A stretch of DNA of 64,000 nt from Escherichia coli (GTDB lineage Bacteria; Pseudomonadota; Gammaproteobacteria; Enterobacterales; Enterobacteriaceae), in the NCBI RefSeq assembly GCF_030013205.1, contig NZ_CP122648.1. One strand, written 5' to 3'. Below the pieces are notes generated by a model. It saw only the letters and a program-made list of their open reading frames with translations. It ran no database searches and was not told the DNA's origin. Position 1 is the first letter of the stretch; every line of letters begins with the position of its first letter. Shown one piece after another: positions 32,470-44,600 of this stretch. The position numbers and the translations under genes were made by a program.

Positions 32470-32862
32470 ATGAAAAAATTCGCAGCAGTAATCGCAGTAA
32501 TGGCCCTGTGCAGCGCACCGGTGATGGCAGCAGAGCAGGGCGGTTTTTCTGGCCCATCGGCAACGCAAAGTCAGGCCGGAGGATTCCAGGGGCCGAACGG
32601 CAGCGTAACGACCGTAGAAAGCGCAAAATCCCTGCGTGACGACACCTGGGTAACCCTGCGCGGCAATATCGTTGAACGCATCTCTGACGATCTCTACGTG
32701 TTCAAAGATGCCAGCGGTACTATCAATGTTGATATCGACCACAAACGCTGGAACGGCGTGACGGTGACGCCGAAAGATACGGTTGAGATTCAGGGTGAAG
32801 TCGATAAAGACTGGAATTCTGTTGAAATTGACGTCAAACAGATCCGCAAAGTAAATCCGTAA
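32470..32862 (+). CDS. ygiW: Periplasmic BOF/OB-fold stress protein YgiW, 130 aa
   Basis: Signal peptide MKKFAAVIAVMALCSAPVMA; SD AAAGGGAG; divergent from qseBC. Confidence 0.85.
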   Translation: MKKFAAVIAVMALCSAPVMAAEQGGFSGPSATQSQAGGFQGPNGSVTTVESAKSLRDDTWVTLRGNIVERISDDLYVFKDASGTINVDIDHKRWNGVTVTPKDTVEIQGEVDKDWNSVEIDVKQIRKVNP

Positions 32863-32914
32863 TTGTTACCGCTCCCGGGACACGTTCCCGGGAATAATTT
32901 CGCAGGGAGGCAAA

Positions 32915-33397
32915 ATGACAAACCTGACACTGGATGTAAATATTATCGATTTCCCATCAATCCCTGTGGCGATGTTGCCGCACCGCTGTAGCCCTGAGTT
33001 GCTCAACTACAGCGTGGCGAAATTTATCATGTGGCGTAAAGAGACGGGGCTTTCTCCTGTTAACCAAAGCCAGACTTTTGGCGTCGCCTGGGACGACCCT
33101 GCCACCACCGCACCGGAAGCGTTTCGCTTTGATATCTGCGGCAGCGTTAGCGAACCGATTCCCGATAATCGTTATGGTGTGAGTAATGGTGAACTTACCG
33201 GTGGACGTTATGCTGTGGCCCGCCATGTTGGCGAGCTGGACGATATTTCACACACGATATGGGGCATCATTCGCCACTGGCTACCTGCAAGCGGCGAGAA
33301 AATGCGTAAAGCACCGATTCTGTTTCACTACACCAATCTTGCCGAAGGGATGACAGAGCAGCGACTGGAAACGGATGTTTATGTACCGTTAGCGTGA
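32915..33397 (+). CDS. ygiV: GyrI-like effector-binding domain protein YgiV
   Basis: 160 aa; conserved context. Confidence 0.8.
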   Translation: MTNLTLDVNIIDFPSIPVAMLPHRCSPELLNYSVAKFIMWRKETGLSPVNQSQTFGVAWDDPATTAPEAFRFDICGSVSEPIPDNRYGVSNGELTGGRYAVARHVGELDDISHTIWGIIRHWLPASGEKMRKAPILFHYTNLAEGMTEQRLETDVYVPLA

Positions 33398-33505
33398 TGG
33401 AGAATCTTTACCGGAGTGTGAGCCAAATCACTCGCGATAAGTTTGAGCTAACAATGCCACAGGCGTATTGTTGTCGGGCTTATAATTTCTCCGGTAAGGA
33501 ATACC

Positions 33506-35113
33506 ATGTATACGCGAAATTTATTATGGCTGGTCAGCCTGGTAAGTGCGGCTCCTCTCTACGCTGCTGACGTTCCCGCCAACACACCGCTCGCCCCGCA
33601 ACAAGTTTTTCGTTACAACAATCATAGCGACCCAGGCACGCTCGACCCGCAAAAGGTAGAGGAGAATACTGCCGCGCAGATTGTGCTGGATCTGTTTGAA
33701 GGTCTGGTATGGATGGACGGTGAAGGCCAGGTGCAGCCCGCTCAGGCTGAACGCTGGGAGATACTGGACGGCGGCAAGCGCTATATTTTCCATCTGCGTA
33801 GCGGTTTGCAGTGGTCAGACGGTCAGCCTCTGACGGCAGAGGATTTTGTCCTCGGCTGGCAGCGCGCGGTTGACCCGAAAACGGCAAGCCCTTTTGCTGG
33901 CTATCTGGCACAGGCGCACATTAACAATGCCGCGGCTATTGTTGCGGGTAAAGCAGATGTTACATCGCTGGGTGTCAAAGCGATGGATGATCGTACTCTT
34001 GAAGTTACGCTTGAGCAGCCGGTTCCTTGGTTCACGACGATGCTCGCCTGGCCGACGCTGTTCCCGGTTCCTCATCATGTCATCGCTAAATATGGCGATA
34101 GCTGGAGTAAGCCAGAGAACATGGTTTACAACGGTGCCTTTGTGCTTGAACAGTGGGTAGTTAACGAAAAGATTACTGCACGCAAAAATCCAAAGTACCG
34201 CGATGCGCAACATACAGTATTGCAACAGGTTGAGTATCTGGCGCTGGATAATTCGGTCACCGGCTATAACCGCTATCGCGCGGGAGAGGTCGATCTCACC
34301 TGGGTTCCGGCGCAGCAAATTCCTGCCATTGAAAAATCACTGCCTGGCGAGCTACGAATTATCCCGCGTCTGAACAGCGAATATTACAACTTTAACCTTG
34401 AGAAACCGCCATTTAACGATGTGCGGGTGCGTCGGGCGCTATATCTTACGGTTGATCGACAGCTTATTGCGCAAAAGGTACTGGGGTTGAGAACGCCCGC
34501 AACCACGCTGACGCCGCCAGAGGTAAAAGGCTTTAGCGCGACGACGTTCGATGAACTGCAAAAGCCAATGAGTGAGCGTGTCGCGATGGCAAAAGCCTTG
34601 CTGAAACAGGCGGGATACGACGCCTCTCATCCGCTACGCTTTGAGCTGTTCTACAACAAGTACGATCTGCATGAAAAAACCGCGATAGCGTTGTCTTCCG
34701 AATGGAAAAAATGGCTGGGTGCACAGGTGACGCTGCGCACAATGGAGTGGAAAACCTATCTTGATGCCCGACGAACCGGTGATTTCATGCTGTCGCGGCA
34801 GTCGTGGGATGCGACGTATAATGATGCTTCCAGCTTCCTGAACACGCTCAAAAGCGATAGTGAAGAAAACGTCGGTCACTGGAAAAATGCGCAGTATGAC
34901 GCCTTACTAAACCAGGCCACGCAGATCACTGATGCGACAAAGCGTAATGCGTTGTATCAGCAGGCAGAAGTGATCATCAACCAACAGGCACCGCTGATTC
35001 CTATCTACTATCAGCCGTTAATCAAACTGCTTAAACCCTACGTTGGCGGTTTTCCGCTGCATAATCCCCAGGATTATGTCTACAGCAAAGAGTTGTATAT
35101 CAAGGCACATTGA
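33506..35113 (+). CDS. ygiS: Periplasmic solute-binding protein (family 5, oligopeptide-type) YgiS
   Basis: 535 aa with signal peptide. Confidence 0.85.
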   Translation: MYTRNLLWLVSLVSAAPLYAADVPANTPLAPQQVFRYNNHSDPGTLDPQKVEENTAAQIVLDLFEGLVWMDGEGQVQPAQAERWEILDGGKRYIFHLRSGLQWSDGQPLTAEDFVLGWQRAVDPKTASPFAGYLAQAHINNAAAIVAGKADVTSLGVKAMDDRTLEVTLEQPVPWFTTMLAWPTLFPVPHHVIAKYGDSWSKPENMVYNGAFVLEQWVVNEKITARKNPKYRDAQHTVLQQVEYLALDNSVTGYNRYRAGEVDLTWVPAQQIPAIEKSLPGELRIIPRLNSEYYNFNLEKPPFNDVRVRRALYLTVDRQLIAQKVLGLRTPATTLTPPEVKGFSATTFDELQKPMSERVAMAKALLKQAGYDASHPLRFELFYNKYDLHEKTAIALSSEWKKWLGAQVTLRTMEWKTYLDARRTGDFMLSRQSWDATYNDASSFLNTLKSDSEENVGHWKNAQYDALLNQATQITDATKRNALYQQAEVIINQQAPLIPIYYQPLIKLLKPYVGGFPLHNPQDYVYSKELYIKAH

Positions 35114-35250
35114 TGCCTTTATCGCCGTCGGAGCACGTCCGGCGGCGCTATTCACGCTGATCTCCTGTGACTCGACGCGGCAGATAATGTAGTATCTCCG
35201 GCAATATTGCCCCTTTGAAGGCTGGCGAATAAGTTGAGGAATCAGAATTA

Positions 35251-37509
35251 ATGAGCGATATGGCAGAGCGCCTTGCGCTACATGAATTTACGGAAAACGC
35301 CTACTTAAACTACTCCATGTACGTGATCATGGACCGTGCGTTGCCGTTTATTGGTGATGGTCTGAAACCTGTTCAGCGCCGCATTGTGTATGCGATGTCT
35401 GAGCTGGGCCTGAATGCCAGCGCCAAATTTAAAAAATCGGCCCGTACCGTCGGTGACGTACTGGGTAAATACCATCCGCACGGCGATAGCGCCTGTTATG
35501 AAGCGATGGTCCTGATGGCGCAGCCGTTCTCTTACCGTTATCCGCTGGTTGATGGTCAGGGGAACTGGGGCGCGCCGGACGATCCGAAATCGTTCGCAGC
35601 AATGCGTTACACCGAATCCCGGTTGTCGAAATATTCCGAGCTGCTATTGAGCGAGCTGGGGCAGGGGACGGCTGACTGGGTACCAAACTTCGACGGCACT
35701 TTGCAGGAGCCGAAAATGCTACCTGCCCGTCTGCCAAACATTTTGCTTAACGGCACCACCGGTATTGCCGTCGGCATGGCGACCGATATTCCACCGCATA
35801 ACCTGCGTGAAGTGGCTCAGGCGGCAATCGCATTAATCGACCAGCCGAAAACCACGCTCGATCAGCTGCTGGATATCGTGCAGGGGCCGGATTATCCGAC
35901 TGAAGCGGAAATTATCACTTCGCGCGCCGAGATCCGTAAAATCTACGAGAACGGACGTGGTTCAGTGCGTATGCGCGCGGTGTGGAAGAAAGAAGATGGC
36001 GCGGTGGTTATCAGCGCATTGCCGCATCAGGTTTCAGGTGCGCGCGTACTGGAGCAAATTGCTGCGCAAATGCGCAACAAAAAGCTGCCGATGGTTGACG
36101 ATCTGCGCGATGAATCTGACCACGAGAACCCGACTCGTCTGGTGATTGTGCCGCGTTCCAACCGCGTGGATATGGATCAGGTGATGAACCACCTCTTCGC
36201 AACCACCGATCTGGAAAAGAGCTATCGTATTAACCTCAATATGATCGGTCTGGATGGTCGTCCGGCGGTGAAAAACCTGCTGGAAATTCTCTCCGAATGG
36301 CTGGTGTTCCGCCGCGATACCGTGCGCCGCCGACTGAACTATCGTCTGGAGAAAGTCCTCAAGCGCCTGCATATCCTCGAAGGTTTGCTGGTGGCGTTTC
36401 TCAATATCGACGAAGTGATTGAGATCATTCGTAATGAAGATGAACCGAAACCGGCGCTGATGTCGCGGTTTGGCCTTACGGAAACCCAGGCGGAAGCGAT
36501 CCTCGAACTGAAACTGCGTCATCTTGCCAAACTGGAAGAGATGAAGATTCGCGGTGAGCAGAGTGAGCTGGAAAAAGAGCGCGACCAGTTGCAGGGCATT
36601 TTGGCTTCCGAGCGTAAAATGAATAACCTGCTGAAGAAAGAACTGCAGGCAGACGCGCAAGCCTACGGTGACGAACGTCGTTCGCCGTTGCAGGAACGCG
36701 AAGAAGCGAAAGCGATGAGCGAGCACGACATGCTGCCGTCTGAACCTGTCACCATTGTGCTGTCGCAGATGGGCTGGGTACGCAGCGCTAAAGGCCATGA
36801 TATCGACGCGCCGGGCCTGAATTATAAAGCGGGCGATAGCTTCAAAGCGGCGGTGAAAGGTAAGAGCAACCAACCGGTAGTGTTTGTTGATTCCACCGGT
36901 CGTAGCTATGCCATCGACCCGATTACGCTGCCGTCGGCGCGTGGTCAGGGCGAGCCGCTCACCGGCAAATTAACGTTGCCGCCTGGGGCGACCGTTGACC
37001 ATATGCTGATGGAAAGCGACGATCAGAAACTGCTGATGGCTTCCGATGCGGGTTACGGTTTCGTCTGCACCTTTAACGATCTGGTGGCGCGTAACCGTGC
37101 AGGTAAAGCTTTGATCACCTTACCGGAAAATGCCCATGTTATGCCGCCGGTGGTGATTGAAGATGCTTCTGATATGCTGCTGGCAATCACTCAGGCAGGC
37201 CGTATGTTGATGTTCCCGGTAAGCGATCTGCCGCAGCTGTCGAAGGGCAAAGGCAACAAGATTATCAACATTCCATCGGCAGAAGCCGCGCGTGGAGAAG
37301 ATGGTCTGGCGCAACTGTACGTTCTGCCGCCGCAAAGCACGCTGACCATTCATGTTGGGAAACGCAAAATTAAACTGCGTCCGGAAGAGCTACAGAAAGT
37401 CACTGGCGAACGTGGACGCCGCGGTACGTTGATGCGCGGTTTGCAGCGTATCGATCGTGTTGAGATCGACTCTCCTCGCCGTGCCAGCAGCGGTGATAGC
37501 GAAGAGTAA
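35251..37509 (+). CDS. parC: DNA topoisomerase IV subunit A
   Basis: 752 aa; GyrA-like N-terminal domain with active-site region (…AAMRYTE…). Confidence 0.95.
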
Positions 37510-37742
37510 TATGCCGGGGAGGGCGCTGTTTCCTCCCGCTTGCAAGGAACGCCGGATGAAACGTTAAGTCGTCATCCGGCAGCGTATTCAACCCCCGGAA
37601 ACGATAAAAATTCCCTTGAAACCGTTGTTTATTCATGCGTTGCGATTAACAATACGCTTTTCCAGAGAGCGGCTTTTAACAATGCCCTAACCTGATTTCA
37701 GGTGACGTACAATGCCAGTCTCTCAGACCTTCAGAGGGTGTT

Positions 37743-38480
37743 ATGCTATATATCTTTCGTCTTATTATTACCGTGATTTACAGCATCTTAGTCTGTGTAT
37801 TCGGCTCCATTTACTGCCTTTTCAGCCCGCGTAACCCGAAACATGTGGCCACCTTTGGGCATATGTTTGGCCGTCTTGCGCCGCTTTTCGGCCTGAAAGT
37901 GGAGTGCCGCAAACCTGCAGACGCTGAAAGCTACGGCAATGCTATCTATATCGCTAACCACCAGAACAACTATGACATGGTGACAGCATCGAACATTGTG
38001 CAACCGCCGACGGTGACGGTGGGGAAAAAGAGCTTGCTGTGGATCCCCTTCTTCGGGCAGTTGTACTGGTTAACCGGCAACCTATTGATCGACAGAAACA
38101 ATCGCACTAAAGCTCACGGCACTATTGCGGAAGTCGTGAATCACTTCAAAAAACGCCGTATTTCCATCTGGATGTTCCCGGAAGGAACCCGCAGCCGTGG
38201 TCGCGGCCTGCTACCGTTCAAGACCGGGGCATTTCACGCGGCAATTGCGGCGGGCGTCCCGATTATTCCCGTGTGCGTCTCTACAACTTCGAATAAGATT
38301 AATCTTAATCGGCTACACAACGGTCTGGTGATTGTCGAAATGCTGCCGCCAATTGACGTCAGTCAGTATGGCAAAGATCAGGTTCGCGAGTTGGCTGCCC
38401 ATTGTCGTTCGATAATGGAACAAAAAATCGCTGATCTCGATAAAGAAGTCGCAGAGCGCGAAGCCGCCGGAAAAGTTTAA
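37743..38480 (+). CDS. plsC: 1-acyl-sn-glycerol-3-phosphate acyltransferase
   Basis: 245 aa; HxxxxD motif (NHQNNYD), FPEGTR motif. Confidence 0.95.
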   Translation: MLYIFRLIITVIYSILVCVFGSIYCLFSPRNPKHVATFGHMFGRLAPLFGLKVECRKPADAESYGNAIYIANHQNNYDMVTASNIVQPPTVTVGKKSLLWIPFFGQLYWLTGNLLIDRNNRTKAHGTIAEVVNHFKKRRISIWMFPEGTRSRGRGLLPFKTGAFHAAIAAGVPIIPVCVSTTSNKINLNRLHNGLVIVEMLPPIDVSQYGKDQVRELAAHCRSIMEQKIADLDKEVAEREAAGKV

Positions 38481-38554
38481 GTCGGCAATCTGTATTTTTG
38501 CGGGGAACACTTTCCTGCACGGTATTACTTTAGCCAGTTTTACATGGAGCAAAT

Positions 38555-39967
38555 ATGTCACTCAGTCGGCGTCAGTTCATTCAGGCATCGGGGATTGCAC
38601 TTTGTGCAGGCGCTGTTCCCCTGAAGGCCAGCGCAGCCGGGCAACAGCAACCGCTACCCGTTCCGCCGCTGCTTGAATCTCGCCGTGGGCAACCGCTGTT
38701 TATGACTGTACAACGTGCGCACTGGTCATTTACGCCAGGGACACGCGCGTCGGTTTGGGGAATCAATGGTCGTTACCTGGGGCCGACTATCCGCGTCTGG
38801 AAGGGCGACGATGTTAAGCTTATTTACAGCAACCGCCTGACAGAAAATGTCTCAATGACGGTGGCCGGGCTACAGGTACCTGGCCCGCTGATGGGCGGTC
38901 CGGCACGGATGATGTCGCCAAACGCTGACTGGGCACCCGTACTGCCCATTCGCCAGAACGCAGCTACTCTGTGGTATCACGCCAATACTCCCAACCGCAC
39001 GGCTCAGCAGGTCTATAACGGCCTTGCCGGAATGTGGCTGGTGGAAGATGAAGTCAGCAAGTCGCTGCCTATCCCCAACCATTATGGTGTGGATGATTTT
39101 CCGGTCATTATCCAGGATAAACGGCTGGATAACTTTGGTACGCCAGAATACAACGAACCGGGAAGCGGCGGCTTTGTTGGTGATACGCTGCTGGTTAACG
39201 GTGTACAAAGCCCGTACGTTGAAGTCTCGCGTGGCTGGGTGCGCTTGCGTCTGTTGAACGCGTCGAACTCTCGACGCTATCAACTACAGATGAGCGATGG
39301 TCGCCCGTTACATGTGATTTCTGGCGATCAGGGATTCCTGCCCGCTCCTGTATCGGTGAAGCAACTTTCGCTGGCACCGGGCGAGCGTCGTGAGATTCTG
39401 GTGGATATGAGCAACGGTGATGAAGTGTCGATCACCTGTGGCGAAGCGGCGAGCATTGTTGATCGTATTCGTGGCTTCTTTGAGCCATCCAGCATTCTGG
39501 TTTCTACGCTGGTACTAACGCTGCGCCCAACCGGCCTTCTGCCGCTGGTCACAGACAGTCTTCCGATGCGCTTGCTGCCAACTGAAATCATGGCTGGTTC
39601 GCCGATTCGCAGTCGTGATATCAGTCTGGGTGATGACCCGGGTATTAATGGACAACTGTGGGACGTTAACCGTATTGATGTCACCGCGCAGCAAGGAACG
39701 TGGGAACGCTGGACGGTACGCGCGGACGAGCCGCAAGCGTTCCATATTGAAGGCGTGATGTTCCAGATCCGTAACGTGAATGGTGCGATGCCGTTCCCGG
39801 AAGACAGAGGCTGGAAAGATACCGTTTGGGTTGACGGACAAGTGGAGCTGCTTGTTTATTTCGGTCAGCCTTCCTGGGCGCACTTCCCGTTCTACTTCAA
39901 CAGTCAGACGCTGGAAATGGCGGACCGTGGCTCGATAGGGCAACTGTTGGTCAATCCGGTACCGTAA
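38555..39967 (+). CDS. ftsP: Cell division protein FtsP (SufI), multicopper-oxidase fold
   Basis: 470 aa; Tat signal SRRQFIQASG. Confidence 0.9.
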   Translation: MSLSRRQFIQASGIALCAGAVPLKASAAGQQQPLPVPPLLESRRGQPLFMTVQRAHWSFTPGTRASVWGINGRYLGPTIRVWKGDDVKLIYSNRLTENVSMTVAGLQVPGPLMGGPARMMSPNADWAPVLPIRQNAATLWYHANTPNRTAQQVYNGLAGMWLVEDEVSKSLPIPNHYGVDDFPVIIQDKRLDNFGTPEYNEPGSGGFVGDTLLVNGVQSPYVEVSRGWVRLRLLNASNSRRYQLQMSDGRPLHVISGDQGFLPAPVSVKQLSLAPGERREILVDMSNGDEVSITCGEAASIVDRIRGFFEPSSILVSTLVLTLRPTGLLPLVTDSLPMRLLPTEIMAGSPIRSRDISLGDDPGINGQLWDVNRIDVTAQQGTWERWTVRADEPQAFHIEGVMFQIRNVNGAMPFPEDRGWKDTVWVDGQVELLVYFGQPSWAHFPFYFNSQTLEMADRGSIGQLLVNPVP

Positions 39968-40077
39968 TCTTCATACTCGCCCGAGGAGGGCGAGTATGGA
40001 ATACCTTTCGATTTCTCTTTCGTTCCGGCTTATAATCCCCGGCCTTTGATTATTTTTTTATCATTTCTGGAAGCAAA

Positions 40078-42297
40078 ATGAGCTCTATCTCCCTGATCCA
40101 ACCGGATCGCGACCTGTTCTCCTGGCCGCAGTACTGGGCCGCCTGTTTTGGACCGGCACCGTTTTTGCCGATGTCTCGTGAAGAGATGGATCAACTTGGC
40201 TGGGATAGCTGCGACATCATTTTGGTTACTGGCGACGCGTATGTCGATCACCCAAGCTTCGGGATGGCGATTTGCGGTCGTATGCTGGAAGCACAGGGCT
40301 TTCGTGTAGGGATCATCGCCCAGCCAGACTGGAGCAGCAAAGACGATTTCATGCGTCTGGGTAAACCGAATCTGTTTTTCGGTGTTACTGCTGGCAACAT
40401 GGATTCGATGATCAACCGTTATACCGCCGATCGCCGTTTACGTCATGACGATGCCTACACGCCGGATAACGTCGCGGGTAAGCGCCCGGATCGCGCCACA
40501 CTGGTTTATACCCAGCGTTGTAAAGAGGCGTGGAAAGATGTACCGGTGATCCTCGGCGGTATTGAGGCTAGTCTGCGCCGTACCGCGCATTATGATTACT
40601 GGTCCGATACCGTGCGCCGTTCCGTGCTGGTGGATTCGAAAGCCGACATGCTGATGTTTGGTAACGGTGAGCGTCCGCTGGTGGAAGTGGCGCACCGTCT
40701 GGCGATGGGCGAGCCGATTAGTGAAATCCGCGATGTGCGTAATACCGCGATTATCGTAAAAGAGGCGTTGCCTGGCTGGAGCGGTGTGGATTCCACCCGT
40801 CTTGATACCCCAGGGAAAATCGACCCAATCCCGCATCCGTATGGTGAAGATTTGCCGTGCGCGGATAACAAACCTGTTGCGCCGAAAAAGCAGGAAGCGA
40901 AAGCCGTAACCGTGCAGCCGCCGCGCCCGAAACCGTGGGAAAAAACCTACGTATTGCTGCCTTCTTTCGAGAAAGTGAAGGGCGATAAAGTGCTGTACGC
41001 CCATGCTTCGCGTATTCTGCACCACGAAACTAACCCAGGCTGCGCCCGCGCATTGATGCAAAAACACGGCGACCGCTATGTGTGGATCAACCCGCCTGCT
41101 ATCCCGCTTTCTACCGAAGAGATGGACAGCGTTTTTGCGCTGCCGTACAAGCGCGTGCCGCATCCGGCCTATGGCAATGCTCGTATTCCGGCTTACGAAA
41201 TGATCCGTTTCTCGGTCAACATTATGCGTGGCTGCTTTGGTGGCTGTTCTTTCTGTTCTATTACCGAGCATGAAGGGCGCATTATTCAGAGCCGTTCGGA
41301 AGATTCGATCATCAATGAGATCGAAGCGATCCGCGACACCGTTCCAGGTTTTACGGGCGTAATTTCCGATCTCGGTGGGCCAACTGCCAACATGTATATG
41401 TTGCGCTGCAAATCGCCACGCGCTGAACAGACCTGCCGCCGCTTGTCGTGTGTTTACCCGGATATTTGTCCGCATATGGACACTAACCACGAACCGACGA
41501 TCAACCTCTATCGCCGTGCGCGCGATCTGAAAGGCATTAAAAAGATCCTGATCGCTTCCGGCGTACGTTATGACATCGCCGTGGAAGATCCGCGCTATAT
41601 CAAAGAGCTGGCGACCCATCACGTCGGCGGTTATCTGAAGATTGCCCCGGAACATACCGAAGAAGGGCCGTTGTCGAAGATGATGAAGCCGGGCATGGGC
41701 AGCTATGACCGCTTTAAAGAGTTGTTCGATACCTACTCGAAACAGGCAGGTAAAGAGCAGTATTTGATCCCGTATTTCATCTCGGCACACCCCGGTACGC
41801 GCGATGAAGATATGGTGAATCTGGCGCTGTGGCTGAAAAAGCACCGCTTCCGCCTCGACCAGGTACAGAACTTCTACCCGTCGCCGCTGGCTAACTCGAC
41901 CACTATGTATTACACCGGCAAAAACCCGCTGGCGAAGATTGGTTATAAGAGTGAAGACGTCTTTGTACCGAAGGGCGACAAGCAGCGTCGCCTGCATAAA
42001 GCGTTGTTGCGTTACCACGATCCGGCAAACTGGCCGTTAATCCGCCAGGCGCTGGAAGCGATGGGCAAAAAGCATCTGATTGGCAGCCGTCGCGATTGCT
42101 TAGTGCCTGCGCCAACCATTGAAGAGATGCGTGAGGCTCGTCGCCAGAACCGCAATACCCGTCCGGCGTTGACTAAACATACGCCGATGGCGACCCAGCG
42201 TCAGACGCCTGCTACGGCAAAAAAAGCGTCGTCTACGCAATCTCGTCCGGTGAATGCTGGTATGAAGAAACGCCCTAAAGCGGCGGTTGGACGTTAA
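40078..42297 (+). CDS. ygiQ: Radical SAM protein YgiQ (UPF0313)
   Basis: 739 aa; CxxxCxxC motif (CFGGCSFCS). Confidence 0.9.
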   Translation: MSSISLIQPDRDLFSWPQYWAACFGPAPFLPMSREEMDQLGWDSCDIILVTGDAYVDHPSFGMAICGRMLEAQGFRVGIIAQPDWSSKDDFMRLGKPNLFFGVTAGNMDSMINRYTADRRLRHDDAYTPDNVAGKRPDRATLVYTQRCKEAWKDVPVILGGIEASLRRTAHYDYWSDTVRRSVLVDSKADMLMFGNGERPLVEVAHRLAMGEPISEIRDVRNTAIIVKEALPGWSGVDSTRLDTPGKIDPIPHPYGEDLPCADNKPVAPKKQEAKAVTVQPPRPKPWEKTYVLLPSFEKVKGDKVLYAHASRILHHETNPGCARALMQKHGDRYVWINPPAIPLSTEEMDSVFALPYKRVPHPAYGNARIPAYEMIRFSVNIMRGCFGGCSFCSITEHEGRIIQSRSEDSIINEIEAIRDTVPGFTGVISDLGGPTANMYMLRCKSPRAEQTCRRLSCVYPDICPHMDTNHEPTINLYRRARDLKGIKKILIASGVRYDIAVEDPRYIKELATHHVGGYLKIAPEHTEEGPLSKMMKPGMGSYDRFKELFDTYSKQAGKEQYLIPYFISAHPGTRDEDMVNLALWLKKHRFRLDQVQNFYPSPLANSTTMYYTGKNPLAKIGYKSEDVFVPKGDKQRRLHKALLRYHDPANWPLIRQALEAMGKKHLIGSRRDCLVPAPTIEEMREARRQNRNTRPALTKHTPMATQRQTPATAKKASSTQSRPVNAGMKKRPKAAVGR

Positions 42298-42336
42298 AAA
42301 ATATCCCCGGTAACAGAATGCTACCGGGGATATTTT
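42296..42336. terminator. Bidirectional terminator between ygiQ and yqhH
   Basis: AAAAATATCCCCGGTA-ACAGAATGC-TACCGGGGATATTTTT. Confidence 0.7.
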
Positions 42337-42338
42337 TA

Positions 42339-42596
42339 TCATTCTGCGTACATACGCAAGCAGCGCAGGCAATCAAAATAGTCCTGAGCATCAAGACGCG
42401 TATTGGCTCTGTTAGCGTCGGATTTGGCAGCATAGATTTGTGGGCGTAATGCTTTCATATCCTGCTCAAGCCGGGCGATTTTGGCATTTAATGTTTGCAC
42501 ATTGCTCGCCAGCTGATTGACCTTTTGCTTATTGACGCAGCCACTGAGCAAGCAGGTTGCCAGAACAACAGCTCCCACGGTGAAAATCGTTTTCAT
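42339..42596 (-). CDS. yqhH: Small outer-membrane lipoprotein, 85 aa
   Basis: Lipobox LSGC, coiled-coil; size and position between ygiQ and dkgA. Confidence 0.7.
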   Translation of the reverse strand: MKTIFTVGAVVLATCLLSGCVNKQKVNQLASNVQTLNAKIARLEQDMKALRPQIYAAKSDANRANTRLDAQDYFDCLRCLRMYAE

Positions 42597-42646
42597 ATAG
42601 TGTTCCCTTTTATTTATTGTTCCGGCTAATTGTTATTTAATTCAGC

Positions 42647-43573
42647 TCATTGCTTTAATCTGGCGGCGGTTTTTGCCTCAATTTGCTTAAGTAGGCTGCC
42701 GCTGTTCGGGCGGATAAAATCAGCGATTTCCCACTTACCTTCGCGCCGCTGTAAAACCAGTTCTTGCTCTTCGTTGTTGCCATTGGTCAGCGTAAAACGA
42801 ACATGAATGCGGGCGGAATCGGCGGTTTTCTCCAGGACACGGATTTCATCAACGCGTGAAAATAGCGACTCTTCGCCAAAACAGATCGGATTGTCGTAAA
42901 TAAATTGCCGTTCTATTTGCATATCTTCATCGGGATTGTTGGCCGTTTTGAAGGTGGTTTTATAGAAGGCATTGACTGCCTGGCGGTAAGAGTCGGAAAC
43001 CACCCACGTCCACGGCCAGCTATAATCAGCAATATGTTCAAAGAGTTCGGCAACAAAGGCTTCCGGCTGTTCTTTTTGCAACGAAGCTATAGCGGCCAGC
43101 GTTTTTTCATTCTCGCTATTAACTGCTTGTAATACGCTGCCATGATTGCTGACAATATCGTCAATGACCCAACGACCATTTTCCGCCACCATTTTCAGTG
43201 TCTGCGTGGTCTTTTCTTTATCGTCTTTAAAGATACGGAAGCGCACAACGGCATCGGCATGATCGGCGTCAGGTTGGGTTATCGCTACGCTTTCTAACAC
43301 CAGATCGCCAAAATCCTGACAATCACAAACCGGATCATAATCCAGCCAGCCAATATTGCCCGGTAGTGTAAGATTGTCGTTCAGGGTAAGCGCCTGTTGA
43401 ATACGCGCTGAAGTTATCGCCCGCTCTCCGGTTTCACCGAAATAAGGCGTACTGGCATCTGATTTATAGTTCTGATAAATCTGCCGGACTGTTTGTTCTA
43501 CGGTCTGTGAAGGAGGCTGCGCGTGTACGGTAAAACTTGCCAGGGCTGCTAAAAACAGAAGTATTATTTTCAT
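42647..43573 (-). CDS. yqhG: DUF3828 periplasmic protein YqhG, 308 aa
   Basis: Signal peptide; size and context. Confidence 0.7.
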   Translation of the reverse strand: MKIILLFLAALASFTVHAQPPSQTVEQTVRQIYQNYKSDASTPYFGETGERAITSARIQQALTLNDNLTLPGNIGWLDYDPVCDCQDFGDLVLESVAITQPDADHADAVVRFRIFKDDKEKTTQTLKMVAENGRWVIDDIVSNHGSVLQAVNSENEKTLAAIASLQKEQPEAFVAELFEHIADYSWPWTWVVSDSYRQAVNAFYKTTFKTANNPDEDMQIERQFIYDNPICFGEESLFSRVDEIRVLEKTADSARIHVRFTLTNGNNEEQELVLQRREGKWEIADFIRPNSGSLLKQIEAKTAARLKQ

Positions 43574-43772
43574 CTGTTTTTCACCTCTCCGTTGCGTTTA
43601 TCCCGGGTGTAGATGAGTTGTTCCTTTAAGAGCTTCCGGCTCTGCATGATGATGTCCTTATATTTGGCATTCCTGAACAAGGAAGAGTAACAATGGGCAG
43701 GACGCGAGGGGAATAAATGATTTCTGAAAAGTCCGGTAGCGGAACATTACCGCCACCGGGAGAATTTGCACG

Positions 43773-44600
43773 TTAGCCGCCAAACTGGTCAGGATCGGGA
43801 CCGAGACGCTTGCCCTGATCGAGTTTTGCAATTTCGCCGAGTTCGTCTTTGTCGAGACGGAAGTCCCAGACGTCAAAGTTTTCGACAATGCGTGAAGGTG
43901 TGACCGATTTCGGGATCACCACCAGGCCGCTATCCAGATGCCAGCGGATAACAATCTGCGCCGGGGTTTTGCCGTATTTATCTGCCAGATCGCGAATGAC
44001 TTTCTGATCGAAAACGCCTTTCCCTCCTTGCGCTAATGGGCTCCAGGATTCGGTCTGGATTTTGTGTGTCGCGTTCCAGGCATGTAGCTGGCGTTGTTGC
44101 ATCAGCGGGTGAAGTTCGATCTGATTAATAACAGGCGTCACGCCAGTTTCATCAATCAGGCGTTGCAGGTGATGGATCTGGAAGTTGCACACGCCGATGC
44201 TTTTGATTAATCCCTCTTTTTGCAATTCGATCATGCCTTTCCATGCTTCGACATAATGGTCGATAGCGGGAACGGGCCAGTGCATTAAGTAGAGGTCGAT
44301 ATAATCAAGCTGGAGTTTTTTCAGGCTGTCGAGCAGGGCTTCGCGGGGGCGCTTGTGGTCGTCGTTCCACAGCTTAGTGGTGATGAACAGTTCTTCTCTG
44401 TTGACTGAGGCATTTTTCAGGGCTTTGCCGACACCTTCTTCGTTCTTATAGGCCGCGGCGGTATCAATCGAGCGATAACCCACGTCTAACGCTTTTTGAA
44501 TGGCGGTGATTACTTCCTCATTACTTGCTTGCCAGACGCCCAGTCCCAACTGGGGCATGACATTGCCATCCTGTAGCTTAATAACGGTTGGATTAGCCAT
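43773..44600 (-). CDS. dkgA: 2,5-diketo-D-gluconate / methylglyoxal reductase A (aldo-keto reductase)
   Basis: 275 aa AKR translation recognised. Confidence 0.9.
   Translation of the reverse strand: MANPTVIKLQDGNVMPQLGLGVWQASNEEVITAIQKALDVGYRSIDTAAAYKNEEGVGKALKNASVNREELFITTKLWNDDHKRPREALLDSLKKLQLDYIDLYLMHWPVPAIDHYVEAWKGMIELQKEGLIKSIGVCNFQIHHLQRLIDETGVTPVINQIELHPLMQQRQLHAWNATHKIQTESWSPLAQGGKGVFDQKVIRDLADKYGKTPAQIVIRWHLDSGLVVIPKSVTPSRIVENFDVWDFRLDKDELGEIAKLDQGKRLGPDPDQFGG

Noticed and set aside
36034..36873. 279-aa minus-strand ORF antisense to parC
   Set aside because: Antisense artefact of a conserved gene; biased R/F/H-rich composition.
40438..42018. 526-aa minus-strand ORF antisense to ygiQ
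   Set aside because: Antisense artefact; the plus-strand radical-SAM gene is strongly supported.
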